A stretch of 63,942 bases of DNA, the filler included, from Octopus bimaculoides (lineage: Eukaryota): the NCBI RefSeq assembly GCF_001194135.2. It is 5 parts of 5 records of this genome, joined end to end, with 100 filler letters (N's around TTAATTAATTAA, not from the genome) between each part and the next. Parts side by side here need not be neighbours in the genome. Positions count along the whole stretch, not along the records: positions 1 to 29,616 come from NC_068981.1; positions 29,717 to 52,060 come from NC_069003.1; 3 more parts are not named here. The stretch is one strand, 5' to 3'. Shown here one piece after another: positions 24,241-36,275 of the stretch. Below the pieces are notes generated by a model. It did not search any database. It saw nothing but the letters and a program-made list of their open reading frames with translations, and was not told where the DNA came from. The translations under genes were made by a program, and so were the position numbers. The first letter of the stretch is position 1. The number at the start of each line of letters is the position of its first letter.

Positions 24241-24485
24241 GAGGCACGTGGCCTAGTGGTATGGGTGTCAGCACCATGATCGTAAGATTGTGGTTTCGAT
24301 TCCTGGACCGGGTGACGCGTTGTGTTCTTGAGAAAAACACTTCATTTCATGTTGCTCCAGTCCACTCAGCTGGCAAAAATGAGTAACGCTGCGATGGACT
24401 GGTGTCCCGTCCAGCTGGAGAACACATATGCCATTGAAACCGGGAAACCGGGCCCATGAGCCTGGCTAGACTTTAAAAGGGTGCA
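24241..24485 (+). mobile_element. SINE family B, tail type 3
   Basis: Same head and central domain; tail CCCGTCCAGCTGGAGAACACATATGCCATTGAAACCGGGAAACCGGGCCCATGAG. Confidence 0.8.
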
Positions 24486-24599
24486 TAGAGATAAAGAAAT
24501 ATGATATAGTATAGCCATCCTGTAATCACAAGTCAGTATGACTCGTTAATATATACCAGGCTTTTTCTAATTGCTTTAGGTGCCAATGTGGTCACGGAT

Positions 24600-25085
24600 G
24601 GCCCCCTAAACAAACTGGATGTTGTTTGGAAATCAACCCTGCAGACAGCGTTAAGAGGAATTTTTTCCATGCAACACTAGAGTCAGTTCTTTTATATGGA
24701 GAACAGCCTGAATTCTTACCAAACAACTGGAATCCAAACTAGATGGAACTTACATCTAAATGTTAAGAGCAGTCTTAAACATATCTTGGAGAACTTAATC
24801 CGCCAAGAAACAGCTGTATAGAGATCTCCAGCCTGTTTCTACTATTATAAGGGGAAGGGTGCTTGTGCTTTGCGGGATGTTGCTGGTGAGCTAAACAAGA
24901 GCTGGCAAGTGACCTACTGCTATGGATATCAAAGCATGGCCATACTTGAGCAGATTGTCTGAACACAACATATGTAGATCAACTGACCAGAGATACTGGA
25001 TGCCTCTCTGAAGACCTCCCTCAACTAATGTGGACCGAAATGAATGGCATGTCTGGCTTAAAAATGTCTGAGCAAGCTTAACCAG
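24600..25085 (+). mobile_element. Degenerate RTE-clade LINE 3' fragment
   Basis: LNKLDVVWKS..RNFFHATLESVL...LTKQLESKLDGTYI*MLRAVLNISWRT..KKQLYRDLQPVSTIIR...KQELASDLLLW...TTYVDQLTRDTGC, with stops and frameshifts. Confidence 0.8.
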
Positions 25086-25729
25086 ATAATTATGAAACTG
25101 CAGGGGTTTTGTTCAAGGACACAATGCACCACCCAGTCTAAGAATTGAACCTATGGCCTTTAAAGCATGAACTGAATACTCTTCTCCATTAAGTCCTGTA
25201 CCTTCACTAACCAGAAATATATTTTATTTACTAAACTTAATTTGGGATCTTATTTAAAGTCTTTTGTCCAATCATATCTTGGCATCTTAGAATGAAAAAA
25301 TGGAAAGTCACATTGAATGGTATTTGATCCTAGATGCAATGCCTGAAAATAAGATGTGATGGTTAAGACTGGAATGTATTTAATTATCAGTTTGCTCAAT
25401 TAGAGTTGACTCAGCACTAAGTAGCAACAACAACAACAACAACAACCAGCTTTAATTATGCTATTCTACAGCTTCACTGACTTAACTCTCTCTCTCCCTC
25501 TCCAAGATGTTAGCCTGCAATTGGTCGAGAAAGGTCACATGGTATAGCGGTTTGATGTTAGTATTTCAGCGACAACAATTAGTTGGAAAATACTGCGTGG
25601 TGAATAGGAAATTGACTGTGTAGTGAACAGAAAGTCAACTGCATGGTGGACAAAAGATCAGTTGTGTGGTTGCGGGGAAGTAGATGTGGGGGTATATATA
25701 TCATGTGTGTGTGTGTGTGTGTTTGAATT

Positions 25730-26135
25730 CTTTTATTCTTTTATTCTTTTACTGCTTCAGTCATTTGATTGTGGCCTTGCTGGAGCGTGGTTTTAGTCAG
25801 ACACAATTCTTAAGCCTAGTACTTATTCTATTGGTCTCTTTTGCTGAACCACTAAGTTATGGGGATATAAACATACGAACACTGGTTGTCAAGCGGAGAT
25901 GGGGGGACAAACACAGACATAAAGACACACACACATGTACACGCATGCATGCACGCACACACACACATATACGATGGACTTTTCAGTTTCTGTCTAGCAA
26001 ATCCACTCACAAGGCTTTGGTCAGCCCTAGGTTATAGTAGAAGACACTTGCCAAAGGTGCTACACAGAGGGACTGAACTCAGAACCATGTGGTTAGGAAG
26101 CAAGCTTCTAACCACACAACCACTCCTGCGCCTAT
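25730..26135 (-). mobile_element. SINE family A, full length
   Basis: Colinear with 39395-39755. Confidence 0.9.
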
Positions 26136-26573
26136 ATATATATATATNNNNNNNNNNNNNNNNNNNNNNNNNNNNNNNNNNNNNNNNNNNNNNNNNNNNN
26201 NNNNNNNNNNNNNNNNNNNNNNNNNNNNNNNNNNNNNNNNNNNNNNNNNNNNNNNNNNNNNNNNNNNNNNNNNNNNNNNNNNNNNNNNNNNNNNNNNNNN
26301 NNNNNNNNNNNNNNNNNNNNNNNNNNNNNNNNNNNNNNNNNNNNNNNNNNNNNNNNNNNNNNNNNNNNNNNNNNNNNNNNNNNNNNNNNNNNNNNNNNNN
26401 NNNNNNNNNNNNNNNNNNNNNNNNNNNNNNNNNNNNNNNNNNNNAATGAAAATAAAAAAGTCCAATAGAAAGGAAAACAGAGGAAGGCGAGTTGGCAAAA
26501 TCGTTAGCACATTGGACAAAATGCTTAGTGATAGCTCACCTTTCACTCCGTTCTGAGTTCAAATATATATATA

Positions 26574-26680
26574 CAGGGTGATTCAAAAGTTGCCATACAT
26601 AAGAACAGTTTTTTTTATATAACTGTTTCTTTTAAAAAAAATAAATTTTTCCTATGTATGGTGACTTTTGAATCACCCTG
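26574..26680. mobile_element. 107-bp Tc1/mariner-type MITE
   Basis: About 30-bp TIR CAGGGTGATTCAAAAGT(TG/CA)CCATACATA; TA on both sides (26572-73 and 26681-82). Confidence 0.85.
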
Positions 26681-26718
26681 TATATGTACATACACACACA
26701 CACACGCACACATGCATA

Positions 26719-26751
<33 letters not shown>

Positions 26752-26759
26752 CAGTAGAG

Positions 26760-27000
26760 ATAGTTTGTGCCAATCTAAAGGAATATAAGATGAGAGCAAG
26801 AGCAAAAATAAATCTGGGCAAGTTAGTTGTCTTCTGGAGTTGGCATCTGGAGAGACAAGTTTATGCCATCAAACAGAATAAGTTACTGGATAAATGGACT
26901 GGTTAGACTACTCAAGATCTGGTGTGGTCCAGACCTCCAGATGGATAAGAATTAGAATGAGATTCTAAGTGGAAATGGGACTAAATGGAAACTATCCTTG
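26760..27000 (+). mobile_element. Degenerate L1/Tx1 ORF2 fragment
   Basis: LKEYKMRARAKINLGK...LDKWT../LLKIWCGPDLQMDKN*NEI resembles the post-RT region of Tx1-like ORF2. Confidence 0.55.
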
Positions 27001-27099
27001 AAATGTTGAGCCAAAGTAGTGAATGCCTATATTGCTTCCATTATAACTCACCATCTGACTGTCATGCTTTACCTCAATCCCAGTCTGATCAGATTAGAG

Positions 27100-27450
27100 T
27101 GTTTGCTCTTCCACTTTAGGGGACATGTACCTCTGGAAGGCAGCATTGGCGTGCTATGATTGCTGATGTGCTGAATGTGATCGGGCTGTGCTACCTGCAA
27201 ATTTTCCAATACAGTGAGCAGGTGTGGTCCTTGTTTGTAAGGCATGCTTTTCTACTGCTTATCACTTGGACAGAGCATCAAGAAAAAAATCAAGTCTGGG
27301 CTCCTGGCATCTTGAATATTATCAGACACTCACTGCTCTTTATCATTTGGGTGATTCTACAGAGGCCTAGTTGTAAATGATGATATTGCTGGGGAATCTC
27401 TTGGTGTCAATCAGAATGAAGTGGTTGGTCTGTTTTGGAGGATTTTCAGC
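27100..27450 (-). mobile_element. Highly degenerate CR1/L2-group LINE 3' fragment
   Basis: Patchy motifs (LKILQNR..LID, PHLLTV) in shifted frames. Confidence 0.35.
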
Positions 27451-27464
27451 TTGGTGACACCTTA

Positions 27465-27671
27465 CTCTTTTATTCTTTTACTTGTTTCAGCCATTTGGCT
27501 GTGGCCATGCTGGAGCACTGCCTTTAGTCGAGCAAATCGACCCCCAGGACTTATTCTTTGTAAGCCTAGTACTTATTCTATCAGTCTCTTTTGCCGAACC
27601 GCTAAGTTACGGGGACGTAAACACACCAGCATCGGTTGTCAAGGGATGTTGTGGGGACAAACACAGACACA

Positions 27672-27735
<64 letters not shown>

Positions 27736-27895
27736 CGACGGGCTTCTTTCAGTTTCCGTCTACCAAATCCACTCACAAGGCTTTGGGCGGCCCGAGGCTA
27801 TAGTAGAAGACACTTGTCCAAGGTGCCACACAGTGGGACAGAATCCGGAACCATGTGGTTGGTAAGCAAGCTACTTACCACACGGCCACTCCGAT
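27465..27895 (-). mobile_element. SINE family A, full length
   Basis: Colinear with the other family A copies; internal (CA)n. Confidence 0.9.
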
Positions 27896-28369
27896 GCCTA
27901 CTGTGAATATTTTTCAGAAATCTTTGGCCCGGCAGTGCTACTGAGGCAATAACAAATTAGATATAAACTCTTCAAGCATGGGAGCATCTACCATGCAGGA
28001 CTATCTGAGATGCATACAGAATAACAAATTGCACTGCATGCTAGAAATAGCAGCCAGATGTGTCTCCAATCACACTTCATCTTTAAAAAAAAGGAAAGAT
28101 GTATTAGATGAGGTAGTTTTACATATAATATGTCTGAAAGAAAAATTAACAATGATGGGATGTTCATGGTTAGAATATCTCTGATAATAGGTCTGAGAGT
28201 ACTTGGTCAGTACTGACTTGAGACTAAACTAATAACATCATTATATAGGCATAGGTGTAATTAAGAAGCTTGCTTCACAACCATGTAGTTTGGGGTTCAG
28301 TCCCACTGTGTGGAATCTTGGGCAACTATCTTTTACTATAGCCTTGGGCAAGTATCTTCTACTACAAGC

Positions 28370-28855
28370 TCTGTTTTCTGCCACTGTCCTGGTCTAATTC
28401 CAGCTTCTCCATCCTTCTTGTCTCCTTTCTTTGTCAATGGTCTTTCTCCATGTAGTTTAAGGGTGCCTTGCTGTTCTTTTCTCCAACAGGCAGCTTCCAC
28501 TTTAGTGCCACCATAGAATAGCTTTATCATTCTTGTCTGAGGGCATGTCCAATCCACTTCCAGCATCTGCATCTTATTTCATCACTGATCCTGTTGATGT
28601 CTGTTGTCATCTCAATTGTGTCATTTTGGACTCCTTGCAACCACTTGATGTCGAGCATTCTCCTTAAGTATAGGAAATGGAAGCTGCCCATAGTTTTTTC
28701 TTCCATTTTTGTCCCTTTCCTGATTCCACACCTGTAGAGTTAATACTGGTCAGATCAATGTCTTGAACAGCTTCAGCTTCGTTTTGCAGCCTTTGCCTTT
28801 GGTTTTCCATACCTTTGTTAGATTGCAGAAAACTCTTCAGGATATTCTGTTCTTT
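28370..28855 (-). mobile_element. Degenerate RTE (BovB-like) LINE 3' fragment
   Basis: FCNLTKVWKTK..KTKLKLFKTLI..YLRRMLDIKW..RISDEIRCRCWKWIGHALR..VALKWK..G..TTWRKTIDKERRQEGWRSW. Confidence 0.75.
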
Positions 28856-29417
28856 ATATCTTTAAATATATTGGACAATGTACTCTTGGATATACATAAA
28901 AAAAATCTAGAAGGTCATGGCTGGAACGTCTTTGAATGAAGCTGACTTGGGGTTATAACTACATCATCATAATAAGCATCACTGTCACAACTACTACAAA
29001 GACCACCACCATTGCCCTTTCTTCCCATAACAACCATCCACCTTACGGTCATAGTAAGTCTCTCAGAAGACAATGATAAATAGCCACATCAAGTCATTAT
29101 CAAGTTAAACAATTAGTACCAAAATACACAGCCAATGAACTAATTAATAAGTGAAATGATGTTAACGAACATAACAAAGTTGCTAAAGCAATGATCCTTT
29201 GTTAATATAATTAATGAATGTAGTCTGTCTAAGAAGTGAGACATGAATTTATAACTCTGCTAATAACAGACCAGATTAGCTTAATCTTACTGAGTATTGC
29301 ATCAGATTTGTTTAATTTGATTGGAATGGTAGAATCTGGTTTAATCTGTCTGCAAAAGTAATTTGGTTGCAGCAAACAGGAAATCAATATTTATTGATAG
29401 TGATTGAAGAGTTTAAC

Positions 29418-29471
<54 letters not shown>

Positions 29472-29760
29472 CTTATTATTATGTTTTTTTCTTCTTCTTT
29501 CTTCAAATTTTTTCCAATTTCTCGCCGAGTGTTTTCCGTACACCTAGGGCAGAGAAACGTTGTATGCATTCCCAATTTACACACGCAAATTCATAGGTAA
29601 AACATGTATTTAAGAANNNNNNNNNNNNNNNNNNNNNNNNNNNNNNNNNNNNNNNNNNNNTTAATTAATTAANNNNNNNNNNNNNNNNNNNNNNNNNNNN
29701 NNNNNNNNNNNNNNNNGAATCATACAAAAAAATCCACCTTTTTTTGTATTTATTTTTACT

Positions 29761-29798
<38 letters not shown>

Positions 29799-29799
29799 T

Positions 29800-30200
29800 A
29801 GGAGCGGCTATGTAGTAAGTAGCTTGCTATCTAACCATATGGTTCCGGGTTCAGTTCCACTGAGTGGCACCTTGGGCAAGTCTCTTGTACTATAGCCTCG
29901 GCACGACCAAAGCCTTGTGAGTGGATTTGGTAGATGGAAGCTGAAAGAAGTCCGTCGTGTGTGTGTGTGTGTGCTTGTGTGTGTGTGTATGTGTGTGTTT
30001 GCCCCCCCCCCCAACATCGCTAGACACCCGATGCGGGTGTGTTTACGTCTCCGTAACTTATCGGTCCGACAAAAGAAACCGATAGATTAAGTACTAGGCT
30101 TACAAAGAATAAGTCTTTGGGTCGAATTGTTCGACTAAAGACGGTGCTCCAGCATGGCCGCAGTCAAATGACTGAAACAAATAAAAGAATAAAAGAATAT
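29800..30200 (+). mobile_element. SINE family A, full length, CpGs largely intact
   Basis: Colinear with the other family A copies. Confidence 0.9.
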
Positions 30201-30204
30201 ATAT

Positions 30205-31612
30205 ATTATGAGTCATCCCATAAATAATGGGGGCTCATTTACACTTCTTTTATTTTTCAAAATTAAGATAATGTTCTTTTTTAATCTAAAATNNNNNNNN
30301 NNNNNNNNNNNNNNNNNNNNNNNNNNNNNNNNNNNNNNNNNNNNNNNNNNNNNNNNNNNNNNNNNNNNNNNNNNNNNNNNNNNNNNNNNNNNNNNNNNNN
30401 NNNNNNNNNNNNNNNNNNNNNNNNNNNNNNNNNNNNNNNNNNNNNNNNNNNNNNNNNNNNNNNNNNNNNNNNNNNNNNNNNNNNNNNNNNNNNNNNNNNN
30501 NNNNNNNNNNNNNNNNNNNNNNNNNNNNNNNNNNNNNNNNNNNNNNNNNNNNCAAAGGATTTTGTAGACTGTGGAATAAATGATAATCAGATGGGGCAAT
30601 ATCCGGCAAATATGGGGGAGGGGGGCATCGTTTCCCATTCAAACTACTCCAGCCTTTTTAATGTCATCCTCGCTGTATGTGGCCGAGCATTATCCTGATG
30701 GAAGAACACCTTTCGTCTTGAAACCGAAGATGATCGTTTTTCTTCTAGCGCTGACTTAAGCTGCTCAAGCTGCTCGCAGTAGATTTTCCTTTGTTTGGGT
30801 TTAAAAGTTCAAAGTGGACTGAACCTTTCATATCGCACCAAACAGATAACAACACCTTACATGGAGGAAGACCTTCTTTAGCCTGGGGTACCGGTGTTTC
30901 TCCTTTCCCTATCCACTGTCTTCGGTGCTTGACATTTTTATAGAGAACCCAATTCTTTTCACCAATCACTATTCGGTCGAAAAAGGGTTCATTCGTGAGA
31001 CGTGACAGCAAAGAAAAGCACATATTCATTATCTGCGCACGATTAGACTCGGAAGGAGGTTTGTGAGGAACCTATTGACCCAATTTCCTCACTTTTCCGA
31101 TGGCACACACGTGTCGATGAATGGTTGAATGACTAAATTCAATTTCCCAGTTAGTTCCTCAACAGTTACGATGGGATTTTGTTCCACCAGTGTTTGAGGG
31201 ACGTCCTCGTCGAGTTCTAGAGATCTTCCATATCGAGGCTTGTCTTTTAGGTTGTAGTTTCTGGCTCGTAATTTCTGGAACCACCGTTGACACTGGCTTA
31301 CGCTTATTGTCCAATCCCCATATACTGCATTAATATTCCTCGCACTTTCCGTTGCATTGTTGCCTTTATCGAACTCATATCACAAAATACGTCGAATATG
31401 CTCCTTTGTCACTTCCATTATAGCTTTGAAGAAATAACTGTTAAAATTGAATTGCACTCTTCAAAACTTGCACTAAGGATAAGGAACAAAATAAAATTAC
31501 TACCTGCTTTTCTAGCAAGCTGATGCAGGTAGTTTATCCCGTCCCCCTCCTACTTTTAGTTCATGCAATTGAAAAATCCGCATTACGCATGGAATGATAC
31601 AACGTATATATA
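30205..31612 (-). mobile_element. Near-full-length degenerate mariner (DD34D) transposon with both TIRs
   Basis: ATG at 31418: MEVTKEHIRRIL*YEFDKGNNATESARNINAVYG..QCQRWFQK; FDRIVIGEKNWVLY..KVLLSVWCDMKG; PPYLPDIAPSDYHLFHSLQN; diverged TIRs around TCAT(C/T)CCAT..(A/G)TAATG at both ends; internal N gap. Confidence 0.9.
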
Positions 31613-31690
31613 TATACATGTATATGTGTGCGTGTATATATTATATGTATATATATATATATATACATATATTATATATATATACATACA

Positions 31691-32927
31691 GGGAGAATTC
31701 ACAAAAAAACTAAAGATGAAAACAGGTGGTGTAGACAACAAACAGATGTATTAGTTTAACGCTCGGGAAGTGAAAAAGTCTTCAACGTTTCGAGCCTACG
31801 CTCTTCCACAGAAGGGAACACAGAAGGAAACAAGGAGAGAAAATAAAGAATGTATAGTGGCTAGCGATCTCTCATGTCGAATGCCGGACAGAGGGGTCAC
31901 ACAGGAGAGCTAGGAAGAAGGGAAGGTAATAAAGTAGTGGTGATCCCAAAACGAAGGTGCGCGTGTGTGTATAAGACAGCATGTATGTGCGTGTGGAAGA
32001 GGGCTCGTGACCTTTACGTGTGCGTGTGTGTATGTGTAGGTGTGTGGATGATGCTGTGGGACTGGAAAGTGGTCAATGCTAGTGTATGCCTGGTGGTGTG
32101 ATGTGATGTGGTGTTGTTTGGTATGGTGATGTATGGTGTAGTGGTGCGATGGTGTTGGGATGTGGGGGAGGCGAGAATGGGGAAAGCAAGGGTGTGGCGT
32201 GAGTTAGGCTGAGCGGGGGTAGAGGGGGTATATGGGAGTGGGTATAAGGGATGGGGTAGGAGTGGGATGGGATGGATAGGTTAGGTGGGATTGGATTGTG
32301 TAGGGGTGGGGTTACGAGGGTGGGGTGACGATGAAGGGAGAGTGGGAAGGGAGAATGTAGGTAGGAGTGAAGAGAAGAGAGAAGGAGAGTAGAAGTGCAG
32401 AGAAGTAGGAGGCGGAGCAAGAGAGGAGAGATAAGTGGGAGGAAGTAGGTGTGAGACGGAGAGAGGCGATGGGAAGAGCGTTAGATGAAGAAGGGAGGAG
32501 AGTTGAGCTCCATGTTGCGCAAAGGAGCGAAGAGAGAATAGTAATCCCTATCCACGACGCAAACGGGAGTCCGGATAGCCTCCGTGCAAGGACAATCCGA
32601 ACAGAAACAGGTGTTGCAAAGAGTGACCGGTAGAGCGGAACTGGCGCGAGACCGAGGTGTCATTGCCGAGTCGGATGTCTCGGAGGTGTTCCGCGAACCA
32701 GTCAGCCAAGCGGCGTCCCTTTTGCCCGATGTATAGAGAAGGGCATAGAGAGCAGGAGATGCAGTAGATGATATTGTTAGAAGTGCAGGTGAAGGAGTCG
32801 GTGATATGATAGGGTCGAAGGTGGGTGCCGGTGTAGAGGGTGGCGTTAGAGAGGTAACGGCAAATGCGGGTTGGGAGGTTGGGTTAGGGAAGAAGCTGCG
32901 GACTAAGAGGTCTCGTAGGTTGTGAGC
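31691..32927 (-). mobile_element. Penelope-like element (Neptune-like), GIY-YIG plus 3' region (solo pseudo-LTR-like)
   Basis: AHNLRDLLVRS../HITDSFTCTSNNIIYCISCSLCPSLYIGQKGRRLADWFAEHLRDIRLGNDTSVSRQFRSTGHSLQH; then a pyrimidine-rich tract, a hammerhead, and a terminus in (TA)n. Confidence 0.9.
31779..31816 (-). ncRNA. Minimal hammerhead ribozyme, A6U variant (stem I weakened)
   Basis: CCCTT-CTGTGGA-A-GAGC-GTAG-GCTC-GAAAC-GTT-GAAGA. Confidence 0.6.
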
Positions 32928-33632
32928 TCATACATACACACACAGAGAAAGATGGATGGGAATATAGATATGTATATGCATATGTATATATACAAGTATA
33001 TAAATATATATATACGTGCGTGTGTGTGTGTGTGTGTGCGTGTTCATACAAGTTGGCATCTGCTGAATATAGATAAATGAATGAATAAATCTATTTATAT
33101 AATATTGTTTATGATCATGTACTTTCGTAATTGTAGACTAACAGGGCTTCCCCACAAATCGCTGTCTTTCATGCGCGTATATANNNNNNNNNNNNNNNNN
33201 NNNNNNNNNNNNNNNNNNNNNNNNNNNNNNNNNNNNNNNNNNNNNNNNNNNNNNNNNNNNNNNNNNNNNNNNNNNNNNNNNNNNNNNNNNNNNNNNNNNN
33301 NNNNNNNNNNNNNNNNNNNNNNNNNNNNNNNNNNNNNNNNNNNNNNNNNNNNNNNNNNNNNNNNNNNNNNNNNNNNNNNNNNNNNNNNNNNNNNNNNNNN
33401 NNNNNNNNNNNNNNNNNNNNNNNNNNNNNNNNNNNNNNNNNNNNNNNNNNNNNNNNNNNNNNNNNNNNNNNNNNNNNNNNNNNNNNNNNNNNNNNNNNNN
33501 NNNNNNNNNNNNNNNNNNNNNNNNNNNNNNNNNNNNNNNNNNNNNNNNNNNNNNNNNNNNNNNNNNNNNNNNNNNNNNNNNNNNNNNNNNNNNNNNNNNN
33601 NNNNNNNNNNNNNNNNNNACTCCTTTTACTAA

Positions 33633-33674
<42 letters not shown>

Positions 33675-33691
33675 AGAAAGAGGGGGAGGGA

Positions 33692-33725
<34 letters not shown>

Positions 33726-33779
33726 TAGATAGATAGATGAGAGAGACAGACAAACAGGCAGACAGACAGACCGACAGAC

Positions 33780-33815
<36 letters not shown>

Positions 33816-33895
33816 TGATATATGTAAATGTCGAACGATGAAAATGATTGCTCAACACCGCAGTAGTGGATAAAATTTCTTTATTTGTGTATTAA

Positions 33896-34210
33896 GGCTA
33901 CCATTGGTTTCATGTTAAGAAAAATATCTTAATATCTTAACAATTTTTCAAGCTGATTACATGAGGAAATAGTATTCGTCTCCATTTTGCATGGAAACAC
34001 GAAAATTCTCGGAAATTCAGAAAAATAGTCTAGTAAAGAAAATAAAAATACCCTTTGATTTCTTGTTTTCTTTACGAGATGTTTTTTGTGAATTCTCGAG
34101 AATTTTCGTGTTTTCATTCAAAATGGAGACGAACACCATTTCTCTGTGTTCGGTTTGAAACATTGTTAAGATATTACGATATGTTTCTTAACACAAAGCT
34201 AATGGTAACC
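33896..34210. mobile_element. 315-bp fold-back MITE, possibly Kolobok-type
   Basis: About 130-bp imperfect inverted arms (GGCTACCATT..GTTAAGAAA..ATATCTTAACAAT..TTCGTCTCCATTTTG..AACACGAAAATTCTCG); flanks TTAA and TTAG. Confidence 0.75.
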
Positions 34211-34289
34211 TTAGTACAGAAATATAGATTGCAATGAACCAATTCAGAAAAATCAATTGTGTCAGAACATGTACTGTGAAGGCATTCTT

Positions 34290-34680
34290 TCTATGGGGAG
34301 GGGAGCAAAGCCTGAAATTTTGGAGGAGAAGATTTGTCGATTACATTGATCCTAGTGCTCAACTGTTATTTGTTTTATCGGCTCCGGAAAGAGAAAAGGC
34401 AAAAGTCGAACTCGGCGGGATTTGAACTCAAGAGCGTAAAGCCAATGAGCATGCTAACAATTCTGCCAGCCCACCATCTTAATAATGATCCTTTTCTACT
34501 ATAAGCAGAAGACCTGAAATTTTGAAGGAGGAGTATAGTCGATTACATTGACCTTAGTACTCAACTGATACTTATTTCGTTGACTCCGAAAGGATAAAAT
34601 GCAAAGTCGACTTAAAGACGAACGAAAATGCAGCTAAGCATTTTGACGGGCGTGCTAACGATTCTGTCAGCTTGATGCCT
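34290..34680 (-). mobile_element. Two tandem SINE family C copies
   Basis: Core AAAGTCGA(A/C)CTCGGCGGGATTTGAACTC; same arrangement as 12470-13415. Confidence 0.8.
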
Positions 34681-34829
34681 CATGTACTTATTGTAAAGAT
34701 ATTGATATGGTTAATATTTCCCCCTCCTCTGCCCCACTGCGTCACCCTTGAGAACAAAGAGAAGTGCTAACAAGCTATTGCCTTGCAATATGTCTTTATG
34801 ATAATGTATAATGTCAGGCTTGGCTTGAT

Positions 34830-35977
34830 TTAGACGAAGAAATGGTTGGATAATATTCACAGTCTCATTTGGTCACACTTGGGAAATGTGTAATGATGAT
34901 TGCTTCCGATAGAATCCTATAGAGGAGATGCCTGAGGACCTGCACGAGCCTCCCTCCTAGGGATAGTGGGTGAAGAAGATGAGTGGGCGGATGGATTGAT
35001 GCATGCATGGATGCATGGATAACTGGTTTACCAGTCTTGGCTGCCTGTGGAATAGCAGCAACCACTAATTAATTTTTGGTAATCCACCAATGGTAATCCA
35101 CCAATGGTAATCCACCAATGGACAGCCACGACGTCGTTTCCGCACGTCTCTTTACGTTTCTTTCTTCTATCATTTTGTTAATTAGTAATTCATCAATGCA
35201 GGCCCTCGCTTCATTCTTACCCCTACTTTGTTCAGGTTTTATAAAATTATTGTTGGTACTGTAATCCTGTGATGTCATATTGAGGTACACGGTGGATATT
35301 CTATTGATGACATTCTGGCTAGCTGCCGGCCGATTTTTTTTATCTTTACTTAGGTACAACAGTTAATCTTGAATGAAGAAGATAATTGTCGTTAACAGCG
35401 TCTGTCATACATCTGACACAACCCTGTCTTTCTTGCCCAATACCTTTTTCTAAAATATGGACCTGAAGATTTTCTTCCTGCTATTTTCTTTACAACTATT
35501 TCTTCCAGTGCTTCTCTGCCAATTATTTTATGTTGTTCTTCTTCCCCATGTTTAGAGTAGTTCTAATTCTTCCAGGCAGAAGCGACAATCACCTTTCCCT
35601 AAGACAGCTTCCCTTTACCTACAGATGCCAGGATTTCCCTATCCTAAGGATATATGCCATGCGTGTTTAATAAAATTTTGAATATACATGGCCAGATCAC
35701 AGCCCTGGTACTAAGGACACTGGATTAGAGTGTCGCAGGAAAGAATCGCAAGATGGATTCTTCAAGCCGCGGCAACCAGCAAAAGTTCTAGAATTAGGAC
35801 GAAAATGAGTTGGTTGAATAATACCCATAGTCTCAGTTTGGTCACACTTGGAGATCCGACAAGGAGGTATAATGATAGTTGCTTCTGATAGGACCCTAAG
35901 GAGGAAGTACCTGAGGTCTCGACCTCCACGACCTCCACGACCCTCCCAAAAGTAATGGGTGGAGAAAATGGATGTGT

Positions 35978-36029
<52 letters not shown>

Positions 36030-36275
36030 AGTTAGAATATCGCGGGAAAGAATCGCAAGAAGAATTCCTCAAGCCGAAGCAACCGGTAGGAGAGCTAGGA
36101 GTTGCCCAAGTACTAGACGGATATTAGTAGTCTCAGTTGGTCACGCTTGGGAATCCAGCCGAAAAGTATAATGATGTTTGCTTCTGACAGAACCCTGTGG
36201 AGGAGGTGCATGGCAACTGTACCCACACGAACCTCCCAGTAATAGTTGGTGGGGAAAACAGATGGATGGATGGAT
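34830..36275 (+). mobile_element. Three 5'-truncated RTE (Expander/Rex3-like) 3' ends: 34830-35020, 35735-35975, 36040-36275
   Basis: ERIARWILQAAATSK..SWSHLEIRQGGIMIVASDRTLRRKYLRSRPPRPSQK*, followed by (GGAT)n-like tails. Confidence 0.7.
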
